A stretch of DNA of 64,000 nt from Eledone cirrhosa. Taxonomy: Eukaryota. Shown piece after piece: positions 24,101 to 40,313 of this stretch. Location of the stretch: the NCBI GenBank assembly GCA_964016885.1, contig OZ024759.1, forward strand, positions 9,114,001-9,178,000, read 5' to 3'. Below the pieces are notes generated by a model. The model had not been told where the DNA came from and did not search any database. It worked only from the letters and a program-made list of their open reading frames with translations. Both the position numbers and the translations under genes were made by a program. Each line of letters opens with the position of its first letter. The first letter of the stretch is position 1.

Positions 24101-25800
24101 TGTCACTCTCTCAGCTGCCAACCTGTCACTCTCTCAGCAGCCAACCTGTCACTCTCTCAGCTGCCAACCTGTCACTCTCTCAGCTGCCAACCTGTCACTC
24201 TCTCAGCTGTCAACCTGTCACACTCTCAGCTGCCAGCCTGTCACTCTCTCAGCAGCCAGCCTGTCACTCTCTCAGCTGCCAACCTCTCACTCTCTCAGCA
24301 GCCAGCCTGTCACTCTCTCAGCTGTCAACCTGTCACTCTCTCAGCTGCCAACCTGTCACTCTCTCAGCTGTCAACCTGTCACTCTCTCAGCTGCCAACCT
24401 GTCACTCTCTCAGCTGTCAACCTGTCACTCTCTCAGCTGCCAACCTGTCACTCTCTCAGCTGTCAGCCTGTCACTCTCTCAGCTGCCAACCTGTCACTCT
24501 CTCAGCTGTCAACCTGTCACTCTCTCAGCTGCCAACCTGTCACTCTCTCAGCTGTCAGCCTGTCACTCTCTCAGCTGCCAACCTGTCACTCTCTCAGCTG
24601 TCAACCTGTCACTCTCTCAGCTGCCAACCTGTCACTCTCTCAGCTGTCAGCCTGTCACTCTCTCAGCTGCCAACCTGTCACTCTCTCAGCTGTCAACCTG
24701 TCACTCTCTCAGCTGCCAACCTGTCACTCTCTCAGCTGTCAACCTGTCACTCTCTCAGCTGCCAACCTGTCACTCTCTCAGCTGTCAACCTGTCACTCTC
24801 TCAGCTGCCAACCTGTCACTCTCTCAGCTGTCTGCCTGTCACTCTCTCAGCTGCCAACCTGTCACTCTCTCAGCTGTCAACCTGTCACTCTCTCAGCTGC
24901 CAACCTGTCACTCTCTCAGCTGTCAGCCTGTCACTCTCTCAGCTGCCAACCTGTCACTCTCTCAGCTGTCAACCTGTCACTCTCTCAGCTGCCAACCTGT
25001 CACTCTCTCAGCTGTCAGCCTGTCACTCTCTCAGCTGCCAACCTGTCACTCTCTCAGCTGTCAACCTGTCACTCTCTCAGCTGCCAACCTGTCACTCTCT
25101 CAGCTGCCAACCTGTCACTCTCTCAGCAGCCAACCTGTCACTCTCTCAGCTGCCAGCCTGTCACTCTCTCAGCAGCCAGCCTGTCACTCTCTCAGCTGCC
25201 AGCCTGTCACTCTCTCAGCACCCAGCCTGTCACTCTCTCAGCACCCAACTTGTCACTCTCTCAGCTGCCAACCTGTCACTCTCTCAGCAGCCAGCCTGTC
25301 ACTCTCTCAGCTGTCAACCTGTCACTCTCTCAGCTGCCAACCTGTCACTCTCTCAGCTGTCAGCCTGTCACTCTCTCAGCTGCCAACCTGTCACTCTCTC
25401 AGCTGCCAACCTGTCACTCTCTCAGCTGCCAATCTGTCACTCTCTCGGCAGCAAACCTGTCACTCTCTCAGCTGCCAATCTGTCACTCTCTCAGCAGCCA
25501 ACCTGTCACTCTCTCAGCTGCCAACCTGTCACTCTCTCAGCAGCCAACCTGTCACTCTCTCAGCTGCCAACCTGTCACTCTCTCAGCTGCCAACCTGTCA
25601 CTCTCTCAGCAGCCAACCTGTCACTCTCTCAGCAGCCAACCTGTCACTCTCTCAGCAGCCAACATGTCACTCTCTCAGCTGCCAACCTGTCACTCTCTCA
25701 GCTGCCAGCCTGTCACTCTCTCAGCAGCCAACATGTCACTCTCTCAGCTGCCAGCCTGTCACTCTCTCAGCACCCAGCCTGAAGCTTGTCACTCTCTCGG
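21110..25800. repeat. 23-bp minisatellite, ~200 copies
   Basis: cagcWgYcaRcctgtcactctct repeated over ~4.7 kb. Confidence 0.98.
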
Positions 25801-26179
25801 TAGTCAGCTTGTCACATTTCACAACTTCTCCTTCCGTCATATGAACACACCTTAATGCACATAAACATGCATGCACTCCCACACACAATCTAACACATGC
25901 ACACATAGTCCCTATACACTAGTTATCTCCCTTCGTAAACCTCTTTTATGCTGAAGTTACCGTTCATCAGCCATTCTCCAAAATGAATGTACATGTGTGC
26001 TTCTTTCTCCCCATATTTTTTCTCATATTCCCCATTCCTTCTCATCACTCTTTACTTTCTATTTATCTTCTATCTCTAACTCTATCTTCTGATGAAGGAC
26101 TCTCTACCTGCTATTTCAAGCGTTAAACTAATATATTTCTTCCATATACTGTGCTGTTTGTTTTATTATTTTTGTTTAT

Positions 26180-26186
26180 CTTTTAT

Positions 26187-26240
<54 letters not shown>

Positions 26241-26504
26241 ATGTGTATATGTATATATGTACATATCTATATGTATATATATATATTTGTATATATGTAT
26301 ATATATATATATATATGTGTATATATATATGTATATATATATATATATGTATATATATACATACATGTATATATATGTATATATCATCATCATCATCATC
26401 TTCATTTAACGTCCATTTTCCACGCTAGCATGTATATATATATATGTATGTATATATATGTATATATGTATATGCGTATATGTATATGTGTATATATGTA
26501 CATG

Positions 26505-26535
<31 letters not shown>

Positions 26536-26614
26536 GTATATATGTATATATATATGTATATATGTATATATATATGTATATATATATGTATATATATATG
26601 TATATATGTATATA

Positions 26615-26659
<45 letters not shown>

Positions 26660-27086
26660 GTATATATGTATATATATATGTATATATATATATGTATATA
26701 TGTATATATATATGTATATATATATGTATATATATATATATATGTATATATATATGTATATATATAAAAATATTAAACAAATAATGAATAAACAATGAAA
26801 CAGTTCCTTATATTAAACAAAAAAAGTTCATTATTTAACGATCGTTTCTAGGATATATATGTGTTAGAATTGGTATGCATATTCAACAGATCTATGTACA
26901 AAATTATACAAAATTATACAAACTATCAAGATTAAATATACATACCAACACATATATACGCCGTCTTCAGAAATAATGAAATATATTTATTGATAATAAC
27001 AACAATTCAATGTATATATATATGTATATATATATGTATATATATATGTATATATATATATATATGTATATATATATGTATATATG

Positions 27087-27141
<55 letters not shown>

Positions 27142-27278
27142 GTATATATATATGTATATGTATATATATATGTATATATATATATGTATATATATATATG
27201 TATATATATATGTATATATATATGTATATATATATGTATATATATATATGTATATATATATATATGTATATATATATG

Positions 27279-27309
<31 letters not shown>

Positions 27310-27354
27310 GTATATATATATGTATATATATATATGTATATATATATGTATATA

Positions 27355-27401
<47 letters not shown>

Positions 27402-27538
27402 GTATATATATATATGTATATATATATGTATATATATATGTATATATATATGTATATATATATATGTATATATATATATGTATATATATATATGTATATA
27501 TATATATGTATATATATATATGTATATATATATATATG

Positions 27539-27603
<65 letters not shown>

Positions 27604-27643
27604 GTATGTATATATAGATGTATATATATATATATGTATAAAG

Positions 27644-27674
<31 letters not shown>

Positions 27675-27689
27675 TATACATATATATAT

Positions 27690-27738
<49 letters not shown>

Positions 27739-27753
27739 CATCTATATATATAC

Positions 27754-27785
<32 letters not shown>

Positions 27786-27850
27786 ATACATATATATATG
27801 CATATGTATAAAGATATATATATATACATACAGTCATATATATATATATA
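26180..27850. repeat. (TA)n/(TATG)n microsatellite tracts with an RTE tail stub at 26384-26432
   Basis: Seen directly. Confidence 0.93.
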
Positions 27851-27934
27851 AGTTTATCCCGGGTTGAATCGGAGGTAACCACAGTAAGTAAGGTCGTCAA
27901 TACAAAGCAGAGTATAAATATTTAATATAGAAAG

Positions 27935-27983
27935 GCTTCTACAGGACTAGAACTGTTTCATTCAGGAGAAATCATCAGGAAGC
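27935..27983 (-). ncRNA. Type I hammerhead ribozyme motif in a Penelope-like pLTR fragment
   Basis: Minus strand: gcttc CTGATGA tttc tcct gaat GAA acag ttctagtc ctgt A gaagc. Stems I and III pair well, stem II is weak, site GUA. Confidence 0.7.
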
Positions 27984-28347
27984 TTTCCAAGTAATATGGT
28001 GGTATTTATATCTTTTCTGGTGGTAGGAGAGGGTGGTAATTGGGATGGGTGGAGGTCATTGGTTGATGGGTTTAAATAAAAGGGAATTCTTTAAAAACTA
28101 TATTTAGAGTAACAAAGGCAGAAAGAAATCTATAGTCAAGTTCACTCTGGAGTGTCACTCTGGGGTGTCACTTGGGGGTGTTTCTCTGGGGTGCCACTCT
28201 GGGTGTCACTTTGGAGTGCCACTCCTGGTTTTTTAGGTTCACTTTAGCTAACAATGGCTATGGTCAGGTGTCTACAAACACACTCACAGGCGCACACATA
28301 TAAGGCCCTCACTCCCACACACTCGCACAAACACACACTCTTATACT

Positions 28348-28379
<32 letters not shown>

Positions 28380-28492
28380 AATACATACATATAAATACAC
28401 ACACACTATATACTCTATATATATACGCATATACGTACATATACACATATATATAGATAGATAGATAGATATAAATATACATATATATACAT

Positions 28493-28525
<33 letters not shown>

Positions 28526-28536
28526 CACACACACAC

Positions 28537-28770
28537 ATCATCATCATCATCACCGTTTTACGTCCGTTCTTCCACGCTAGCATGGGTTAGACAGGTTGTT
28601 TTGTTGTGGGCAGTGTCTGGTCGGCTGACCATGCCTTGCTCATACAGGAACTGATCTGGCTTGATTTCTACAGCTGGATGCCCTTCCTAACACCAACCTC
28701 ATTTACAGTGAGTGCTGGGTGCTTTTTCGTGGCGCCTACACGTCCACTTTACAGTGTGACTGGGTGCTTT
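28537..28770 (-). mobile_element. RTE 3' end fragment with (GAT)n tail
   Basis: catcatcaccgttttacgtccgttcttccacgctagcatggg..ctacagctggatgcccttcctaacaccaacc, as at 2186. Confidence 0.8.
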
Positions 28771-28980
28771 TATATATATTTTTACATACAAACCCACATA
28801 CATATATCCATATATATATATATATAGAGAGAGATTTTGAGTTTATGTTGGTTGTATACCAACACCTCAGTATGCAGGCTGGAGCACTCGACGAAGTGCG
28901 CAGGTTGGTTTGGTTACTCCGGAGTAGTGTAAAATAAAGTTAAATAAAAGTCAAATGATTAAAATTTAGCTTCGTTTATT

Positions 28981-29035
28981 ACTGCTATATATATTTCAGT
29001 GACAGCCATCTTTGGCTGTGACCTCTTCAGGCAGT
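28981..29035 (-). ncRNA. Type I (minimal) hammerhead ribozyme motif in a Penelope-like inverted repeat (28930-29198)
   Basis: Minus strand: actgc CTGAAGA ggtcacagcc aaagat ggctgtcact GAAATATATATA gcagt; partial inverted copy at 29125-29198. Confidence 0.7.
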
Positions 29036-29191
29036 TTGAATTAGTATGGTATAGACAAGTACATATGTTGTTGAGGTGTATAATATTGTCAATACTCTGA
29101 TATGCCCAGTTCCTTGCTGGGTTTGTCACTGAAATATATATAGCAGTAATAAACGAAGCTAAATTTTAATCATTTGACTTTTATTTAACTT

Positions 29192-29238
<47 letters not shown>

Positions 29239-29414
29239 ATATATATATATATGTTATATATATATATATATATATATATGTTATATATATATATATGTTA
29301 TATATATATACAGGTTCTATTATTATCACCACACATTATCCACATACTGGTCATCTTTTAACATCTTTGGACTTAAATGCTTAATTGTCCTTGAAGAGAT
29401 AATTAGAGATACCA

Positions 29415-29525
29415 ATAATTGTTTCTACTTATGGCACAAGGCCAGCAATAACCCAGTGCATTACTGGTACTTATTTTATCGACCCCGTAAGGATGAAAGG
29501 GAAAGTTAACCTCGGCTGGATTTAG
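29415..29525 (-). mobile_element. tRNA-derived SINE fragment
   Basis: Same family as 5028-5640. Confidence 0.75.
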
Positions 29526-29696
29526 AGATACCAATAATGTTATGCAAAAATATTCAGCAGTTATTGTTGTTAATAATCACTAAATGGAGTGTTTTTTTTT
29601 TTTATTTGATTTTGCTCTCAAAGGGATTTTAAAGGTAAACCATTACAATAATCACCTGGCATAATTACAATTATTATATACGTATTGGGTGGGGCT

Positions 29697-31032
29697 TGTT
29701 GGGTGGATGGCTGGTTGGATGGTTGGATGGTTGGATGGCTGGTTGGATGGTTGGGTGGATGGTTGGATGGTTGGTTGGTTGGTTGGCTGGTTGGTTGGTT
29801 GGTTGGATGGTTGGATGGTTGGTTGGTTGGATGGTTGGATGGTTGGGTGGATGGTTGGATGGTTGGTTGGTTGGTTGGCTGGTTGGTTGGTTGGTTGGAT
29901 GGTTGGATGGTTGGTTGGTTGGATGGTTGGATGGTTGGGTGGATGGTTGGATGGTTGGTTGGTTGGTTGGCTGGTTGGTTGGTTGGTTGGATGGTTGGAT
30001 GGTTGGTTGGATGGTTGGTTGGATGGTTGGATGGTTGGTTGGATGGTTGGATGGTTGGTTGGATGGCTGGTTGGATGGTTGGATGGTTGGTTGGATGGTT
30101 GGTTGGTTGGTTGGCTGGTTGGTTGGTTGGTTGGATGGTTGGATGGTTGGTTGGTTGGATGGTTGGATGGTTGGATGGTTGGTTGGATGGCTGGTTGGAT
30201 GGTTGGGTGGATGGTTGGATGGTTGGTTGGTTGGTTGGCTGGTTGGTTGGTTGGTTGGATGGTTGGATGGTTGGTTGGATGGTTGGTTGGATGGTTGGAT
30301 GGTTGGTTGGATGGTTGGATGGTTGGTTGGTTGGATGGTTGGTTGGTTGGTTGGATGGTTGGATGGTTGGTTGGATGGTTGGTTGGTTGGCTGGCTGGCT
30401 GGTTGGTTGGATGGTTGGTTGGTTGGTTGGATGGTTGGTTGGTTGGTTGGTTGGTTGGTTGGTTGGCTGGCTGGCTGGTTGGTTGGATGGTTGGTTGGTT
30501 GGTTGGATGGTTGGCTGGTTGGTTGGATGGTTGGATGGTTGGTTGGTTGGTTGGTTGGTTGGCTGGCTGGTTGGTTGGATGGTTGGTTGGTTGGTTGGAT
30601 GGTTGGCTGGTTGGTTGGATGGTTGGATGGTTGGTTGGTTGGTTGGTTGGTTGGATGGTTGGTTGGTTGGCTGGTTGGTTGGTTGGTTGGATGGTTGGAT
30701 GGTTGGTTGGTTGGATGGTTGGATGGTTGGTTGGTTGGTTGGATGGTTGAATGGTTGGTTGGATGGTTGGATGGTTGGTTGGATGGTTGGATGGTTGGTT
30801 GGATGGTTGGTTGGTTGGTTGGTTGGTTGGCTGGTTGGCTGGCTGGTTGGCTGGATGGATGGTTGGATGGTTGGTTGGTTGGTTGGATGGTTGGTTGGTT
30901 GGTTGGCTGGTTGGATGGTTGGTTGGATGGTTGGTTGGATGGTTGGTTGGATGGTTGGTTGGTTGGTTGGATGGTTGGATGGTTGGTTGGATGGTTGGTT
31001 GGTTGGTTGGTTGGTTGGTTGGTTGGATGGTT
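29697..31032. repeat. (TGGT)n/(TGGA)n microsatellite
   Basis: Seen directly. Confidence 0.97.
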
Positions 31033-31092
31033 GTAGTTTTTGTTGCCGTTTTAATTGTAGAAATAATTATGAATGTTCTGTTTTTTTGAAAG

Positions 31093-31444
31093 GGACAACT
31101 TTGAGAGGGACAGCATCAACAGCAGTGGTCATGTGAGTGGTAGCAGCCGGGAGACAGATCTCTCTGCATATGCTGCTCTACCTTTTTCTATATCCCAGAT
31201 GAAATCGCGCCTGACTCCATCACAGAAATCAGAAGCTACTCCGGCACATATATCACTAAATGTTGACCAATTTCTACCCGAATCAACCACCGATGATGTT
31301 CCCAACAAATCTGAAGACACAACTGACCTTCCAGATTGTCCAGGAGATGTGTTGAACTCTTCGAAAACGGTAACAGTTTTGGGAGAGGACAAGGAAAACA
31401 CAGAGGAAGCTGGAGATGTAGATGATTTTAGCACAAGCCTTTAA
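31093..31444 (+). CDS. Cadherin last coding exon; acidic Ser/Thr-rich tail ending STSL
   Basis: ttttgaaag|G GAC AAC..; phase 2 matches 20933; [29 protein letters not shown]. Confidence 0.85.
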
Positions 31445-31844
31445 CATCATCATCATCATCATCATCACCATCATTGCCATCACCAGTGAAACCTCTACAT
31501 GGTCACTTGCCCTGCTAGAAATAATAGCCAAATTTTCAGTAACATTTTTTCTACCAATCTTCCCCCAAACCATCTCTGGTTCTATGAAACAAATTACCTA
31601 TTTTAAAAGGTTCTTATTTAAATTTAAATCTTCCAACAGAATTTTAAATGTCAATTACTATCTTAGTAATGCAATAATTAATAATTTTAGTAAATGCCTC
31701 AAAATTCGTCGTTAACCCTTTTGACACAAACCTAGCCAAAACCATCTCTGGCTCTATAAATTAAAATACCCATTTTAAAAAGTTCCTATTTAAACTTAAA
31801 TCTTCCAGTATTTTAATAAATGCCTCTGAAATATTCATTAATTC

Positions 31845-32370
31845 ATTAATTGACAGTGTATGTCATTGACTGAGAGTCAGTGTATGTCATTAACTGACAG
31901 TGTATGTCATTGACTGAGAGTGTACGTCATTAACTGGCAGTGTATGTCATTAATTGACAGTGTATGTCATTGACTGAGAGCCAGTGTATGTCATTAACTG
32001 ACAGTGTATGTCATTGACTGAGAGTGTATGTCATTAACTGACAATGTATGTCATTAATTGACAGTGTATGTCATTGACTGAGAGACAGTGTATGTCATTA
32101 ACTGACAGTGTATGTCATTGTCTGAGAGACAGTGTATGTCATTAGCTGGCAGTGTATGTCATTGACTGACAGTGTATGTCATTAACTGACAGTGTATGTC
32201 ATTGACTGAGAGTGTATGTCATTAGCTGGCAGTGTATGTCATTGACTGACAGTGTATATCATTAACTGACAGTGTATGTCATTAACTGACAATGTATGTC
32301 ATTAATTGACAGTGTATGTCATTGACTGAGAGACAGTGTATGTCATTAACTGACAGTGTATGTCATTAGA
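31845..32370. repeat. ~20-24-bp minisatellite
   Basis: cagtgtatgtcattRactga repeated ~25 times. Confidence 0.93.
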
Positions 32371-32734
32371 AATATGGTAACAACAGGCTTCATTTTCAAT
32401 CTAATGTAGTCTTATTTCCTACAACTAAGCCTGAAGTAAAATAAAATAATACTTGATGGGCATGGCTAGAATGTCTTTGATGAGAGGTTTGCTCAATCAA
32501 CATTGATTAAGGGAGGTGGTTAACAACATTGTCATCATCATCATCATTATTATCAGCTGATGTTTGACTTTTCTATTTTTTTCTCAATATATACATATAT
32601 ACATATTAAAATAGAAATAGGAGCTTTGCTGTAACATTGACAATATAGTCTAAAAATGGGGCATAGGGACCTACTGCATGGAAACAGATGGTTATTAGCA
32701 GACATGGCTTTATATACACCATTATTACATTATG

Positions 32735-32925
32735 TAGGCGGTGGATTGGCAGAATCGGTAGAGGGTCGGACGCCATGCTTTCCAGCATAGTTACGTCCCT
32801 TTATGGTCTGAGTTCAAATCCCGTCGAGGTTGACTTTGCCTTTCATCCTTACGGGGTCGATAAAATAAAGTACCAGTAATGCACTGAGGTAATTGCTGGC
32901 CTTGTGCCAATAGTAGAAACAATTA
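32735..32925 (+). mobile_element. Near full-length tRNA-derived SINE
   Basis: A-box-like tggcagaatcgg, B-box-like gagttcaaatccc, body gttgactttgcctttcatccttacggggtcgataaaataaagtaccag. Confidence 0.85.
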
Positions 32926-33088
32926 TTACTATATGTAGTAAATGTTATGGTGACTTTTCTAATTTTATTTCAATTCTGAAACTTTGCTCACCACATTCCA
33001 AACATATCGCCATATATATCCCCTCCATATACTGTACCAATTGTGTTGTTATTTCTGTTTACCTTATATATGTATGCATATATATATA

Positions 33089-33160
<72 letters not shown>

Positions 33161-33182
33161 TATATATTGTTATACATATATA

Positions 33183-33264
33183 TATTGTTATACTTTGGGA
33201 GGGTCATGTTGCCAATAATGGTTGCCAATTATTGGCAACATGACCCTCCCAAAGTATAACAATA
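33183..33264. repeat. Short inverted repeat; motif also at 46508-46541
   Basis: attgttatactttgggagggtcatgttgccaataat..attattggcaacatgaccctcccaaagtataacaat. Confidence 0.85.
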
Positions 33265-33319
33265 TCGGTTTCAACACACGATTTCAGATAAAGAATCTTG
33301 CTAAACAAATTCAGAAACG

Positions 33320-33394
<75 letters not shown>

Positions 33395-33514
33395 TATAGA
33401 CATAGAATATTCGAAAATATTCTGTATGTTTATAATAAACATTTTGAAGACCTAATCGCTATAGAATAGAATACGTCACGTATTACAATTAGATTCTCGA
33501 TAAAAGCAAGGGAA

Positions 33515-33557
33515 GTAATCTACGCGTTTCATTCTTGTTAGAATTCATCAGGACTAC
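33515..33557 (-). ncRNA. Type I hammerhead ribozyme (inverted copy)
   Basis: Exact reverse complement of 33864-33906. Confidence 0.8.
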
Positions 33558-33839
33558 ATATCCAGTGCTTTTATCGAGAATGACACAGCTAGAGACTTCC
33601 CTTGCTTTTATCGAGAATCTAATTGTAATACGTGACGTATTCTATTCTATAGCGATTAGGTCTTCAAAATGTTTATTATAAACATACAGAATATTTTCGA
33701 ATATTCTATGTCTATACTCACATATATATCGCTATTTCAGAGCATTTATTCCAATTTCTAATTTCTGCCGGACCGGCAACCGCTCTTTCAAACCAGTTCC
33801 AGTACACAGCTAAGTATTCTATAAGTCTCTAGCTGTGTC

Positions 33840-33928
33840 ATTCTCGATAAAAGCACTGGATATGTAGTCCTGATGAATTCTAACAAGAATGAAACGCGTA
33901 GATTACTTCCCTTGCTTTTATCGAGAAT
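33840..33928 (+). ncRNA. Type I hammerhead ribozyme with extended stem I
   Basis: gtagtc CTGATGA attct aaca agaat GAAACGCGTA gattac; stem I extended by attctcgataaaagca/tgcttttatcgagaat across an internal loop; palindromic ACGCGT stem III; GUA site at 33898-33900. Confidence 0.85.
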
Positions 33929-34059
33929 CTAATTGTAATACGTGACGTATTCTATTCTATAGCGATTAGGTCTTCAAAATGTTTATTATAAACATACAGA
34001 ATATTTTCGAATATTCTATGTCTATACTCACATATATATCGCTATTTCAGAGCATTTAT

Positions 34060-34543
<484 letters not shown>

Positions 34544-34949
34544 AAATCCCCAATTGGGATCCCTGTTCATTTCTTGAGATAGGGGTGGGAGGCAACAAAA
34601 ATAAAGGGCAAACATTTTTTTAAGGGATTAATTTCATCCCAGTGACCTGCTTACACCAGCCTTAACACCACTACCACCATCACACCCTTCAGTACATTTA
34701 ATAGATTGACCAGTTTAACCACCACCACCTCTACCATGTCATTCTTGAGTATCTGAAGTCCTCAGAAGGTTATTCCACTGTCTAATAACACTATCTGGTC
34801 CTTGATACAATTCACTCTGCTGCAATCAGAGGATAAGCTCTTTCTTTGCCATCTCGCCAGTGTTGGGACTACTCAGGAAAGGGTCATAGCGATCACCTAC
34901 CTTCTCCTGGTAAAGCTATACCATGCGGTACTCCTGTATATCAGCTCTG

Positions 34950-34986
<37 letters not shown>

Positions 34987-35427
34987 TATTTAATTAGAAT
35001 TGAGCTTCGACATAGGTGTATACATATGTATCATATATGTATGCGATTCTATTTTAAATTGAACCAACTTATACACCTTTGTATGCAAATGAGGTTAATC
35101 AGCCCATTTACACAGGCAATAAAGCAATATTTTCACCTGTCTCAAAGTCCAACATTGTCCATCTAAGTTTAAAATGCATAGACAATTATCCCCCGTGCTT
35201 CTGCTGGATTCCACTAGACAGTGCGTGGAAGATAGATGTTAAACGAAGATGATGATGATGGTGATGATGAGTGCTGGCTGTCAGCCTTCTATTCAGAGCT
35301 GCGGCTTTCAAAATGTTAATTTATTAAGCATACTGTATATCTTTAGATGTACAAAATTCACATACATGTATGTATACACACTACAGTATGTACTGGGAGA
35401 ATTTTGTGTGGCACCAACACCACCAGC

Positions 35428-36718
35428 TTACAGGAGGGACTAGGTGCTTCTTTGCCATGGCTCCAATAATTACACAGGAGGGACTAGGTGCTTCTTTGTC
35501 ATGGCTCCAATAATTACACAGGAGGGACTAGGTGCTTCTTTGTCATGGCTCCAATAATTACACAGGAGGGACTAGGTGCTTCTTTGTCATGGCTCCAATA
35601 ATTACACAGGAGGGACTAGGTGCTTCTTTGCCATGGCTCCAATAATTACACAGGATGGACTAGGTGCTTCTATGTCATGGCTCCCTATAATTACACAGGA
35701 TGGACTAGGTGCTTCTTTGTCATGGCTCCCTATAATTACACAGGATGGACTAGGTGCTTCTATGTCATGGCTCCCTATAATTACACAGGATGGACTAGGT
35801 GCTTCTTTGTCATGGCTCCCTATAATTACACAGGATGGACTAGGTGCTTCTTTGTCATGGCTCCCTATAATTACACAGGAGGGACTAGGGGCTTCTTTGC
35901 CATGGGTCCCTATAATTACACAGGAGGGACTAGGGGCTTCTTTGTCATGGCTCCCTATAATTACACAGGAGGGACTAGGGGCTTCTTTATCATTGCTCCC
36001 TATAATTACACAGGAGGGACTAGGTGCTTCTTTGCCATGGCTCCCTATAATTACACAGGGTGGACTAGGGGCTTCTTTGTCATGGCTCCCTATAATTACA
36101 CAGGAGGGACTAGGTGCTTCTTTGCCATGGCTCCCTATAATTACACAGGGTGGACTAGGGGCTTCTTTGTCATGGCTCCCTATAATTACACAGGAGGGAC
36201 TAGGGGCTTCTTTGTCATGGCTCCCTATAATTACACAGGAGGGACTAGGGGCTTCTTTATCATGGCTCCCTATAATTACACAGGAGGGACTAGGTGCTTC
36301 TTTGCCATGGCTCCAATAATTAGACAGGATGGACTAGGGGCTTCTTTGTCATGGCTCCAATAATTACACAGGAGGGACTAGGGGCTTCTTTGTCATGGCT
36401 CCAATAATTACACAGGAGGGACTAGGGGCTTCTTTGTCATGGCTCCAATAATTACACAGGATGGACTAGGGGCTTCTTTGCCATGGCTCCAATAATTACA
36501 CAGGATGGACTAGGGGCTTCTTTATCATGGCTCCCTATAATTACACAGGAGGGACAAGGTGCTTCTTTGCCATGGCTCCAATAATTACACAGGATGGACT
36601 AGGGGCTTCTTTGTCATGGCTCCAATAATTACACAGGAGGGACTAGGGGCTTCTTTGTCATGGCTCCCTATAATTACACAGGATGGACTAGGGGCTTCTT
36701 TGCCATGGCTCCCTATAA
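35428..36718. repeat. 44/45-bp minisatellite, ~29 copies
   Basis: acaggaKggactaggKgcttctttgYcatggctcc(aa/cta)taattac repeated. Confidence 0.96.
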
Positions 36719-36879
36719 CATTCCATTGCTCAGTGTATCAGACGGCATTGGTGAGGGTGTACGGGCTGCTGCCAAATGGTTAGACATAACACAATGGGGA
36801 AAGGAAGTACTGGATCCTAGATGTGACCTGGGGTAGGGGTAGTGTCTGACACATTCTGGAATGTGTATGGCTTTCCAAT

Positions 36880-36880
36880 G

Positions 36881-36917
<37 letters not shown>

Positions 36918-36918
36918 G

Positions 36919-36974
<56 letters not shown>

Positions 36975-37267
36975 TGTATATATATGTATATATATATATA
37001 TATGTATATATATATGTATATATATGTATATATATGTATATATATATGTATATATATGTATATATATATATATACATATGTATATGTATGTATATATATA
37101 TACATATATATATATATGTATATATATATAAGTGTATATATATATCTGTGTGTATATATTAAATATATATATATATATAGATATATATATATGTAGATAT
37201 ATATATGTATATATATGTATATCTATGTATATATATGTATATCTCTCTCTATATATATATTTATGTA

Positions 37268-37299
<32 letters not shown>

Positions 37300-37466
37300 C
37301 ATATGTATCTGTATATATACATATATGGATACATATATATACATATATATATATATACATATGTATCTGTATATATATATATGTATATATATATATCCAT
37401 ATATATATATATATACATATATATATATGTATCTGTATATATATATATATGTATATATATATATCC

Positions 37467-37498
<32 letters not shown>

Positions 37499-37701
37499 GT
37501 ATATATATATATACATATATATATGTATATATATATGTATATATATATGTATATATATATGTATATATGTATATGTATATATATATACATATATATATGT
37601 ATATATATATGTATATATATATGTATATATGTATATATATATATGTATATATATATGTATATATATGTATATATATATATATGTATATGCATATATATGT
37701 A

Positions 37702-37734
<33 letters not shown>

Positions 37735-37770
37735 GTGTGTATATATACATATATATATATGTATGTATGT
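36880..37770. repeat. (TA)n-rich compound microsatellite
   Basis: Seen directly. Confidence 0.95.
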
Positions 37771-38170
37771 CAGGTCACCAGTTGGTGCTACTGGTAACAT
37801 GTATCCCAGTACAACCTGTCTCATGGTCGGGTCGTTGGCGACTAAACTGGCAACCCCACCAAGGTTTCTTGGGTGACTTTGGACATCCTGCAGGACTAAA
37901 AACAAAACCTGTCAAAGGGCAAAGGAGCTCTTAAGTGTCAATGGCCATCCAAAATCACTGGGAGAGATGACCCCTTAGCCTTTGTCAAGGCAGAATTCTA
38001 GAAGAAGGAAAACTCTGATATAACACCTGCAACTCTGATGGTATCCAATGATGTTGACTAGTTCTTCTTTTTGGTAAATATCATCTTGGTTAAGAGAGTG
38101 GGACTGGCTTTGTGCAGTGCCTTTGCTCACTATAAAAGCTTCACGGCACAGGCATTGCTTTATATCTGGA
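37770..38170 (+). mobile_element. Dispersed repeat, probably an RTE 5'UTR segment
   Basis: Homologous to 18560-18770 and 18890-18990. Confidence 0.5.
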
Positions 38171-38365
38171 GATCTCTCTGCACTTGTCACATGGTACCAT
38201 GGACCCAGCACTATGTGTCAATAGTTGTCACAAGTGTAGTGTTTGTACCAGAGTTTTCAAGTCGCTGGCTGGACTAAAAAGTCACACTCGTTCAGCGCAT
38301 CGGTAGGGGTTCTCCTACATGGATATAAAGTAGTGGCCGTACTCGAAAACGAGTTGGCAGCCACC

Positions 38366-40313
<1,948 letters not shown>

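Noticed and set aside
20959-25855. 1607-aa and 1594-aa ORFs
   Set aside because: By-product of a stop-free 23-bp minisatellite inside an intron; several frames are open.
26085-26130. CTGATGA hammerhead-like start (also CTGACGA at 45729)
   Set aside because: No properly placed GAAA, stem III or closing stem I; at best decayed.
37772-37860. Possible HDV-like ribozyme at a putative RTE 5' end
   Set aside because: A P1-like pairing (ggtcacc/ggcgact) exists but the nested double pseudoknot could not be built by eye.
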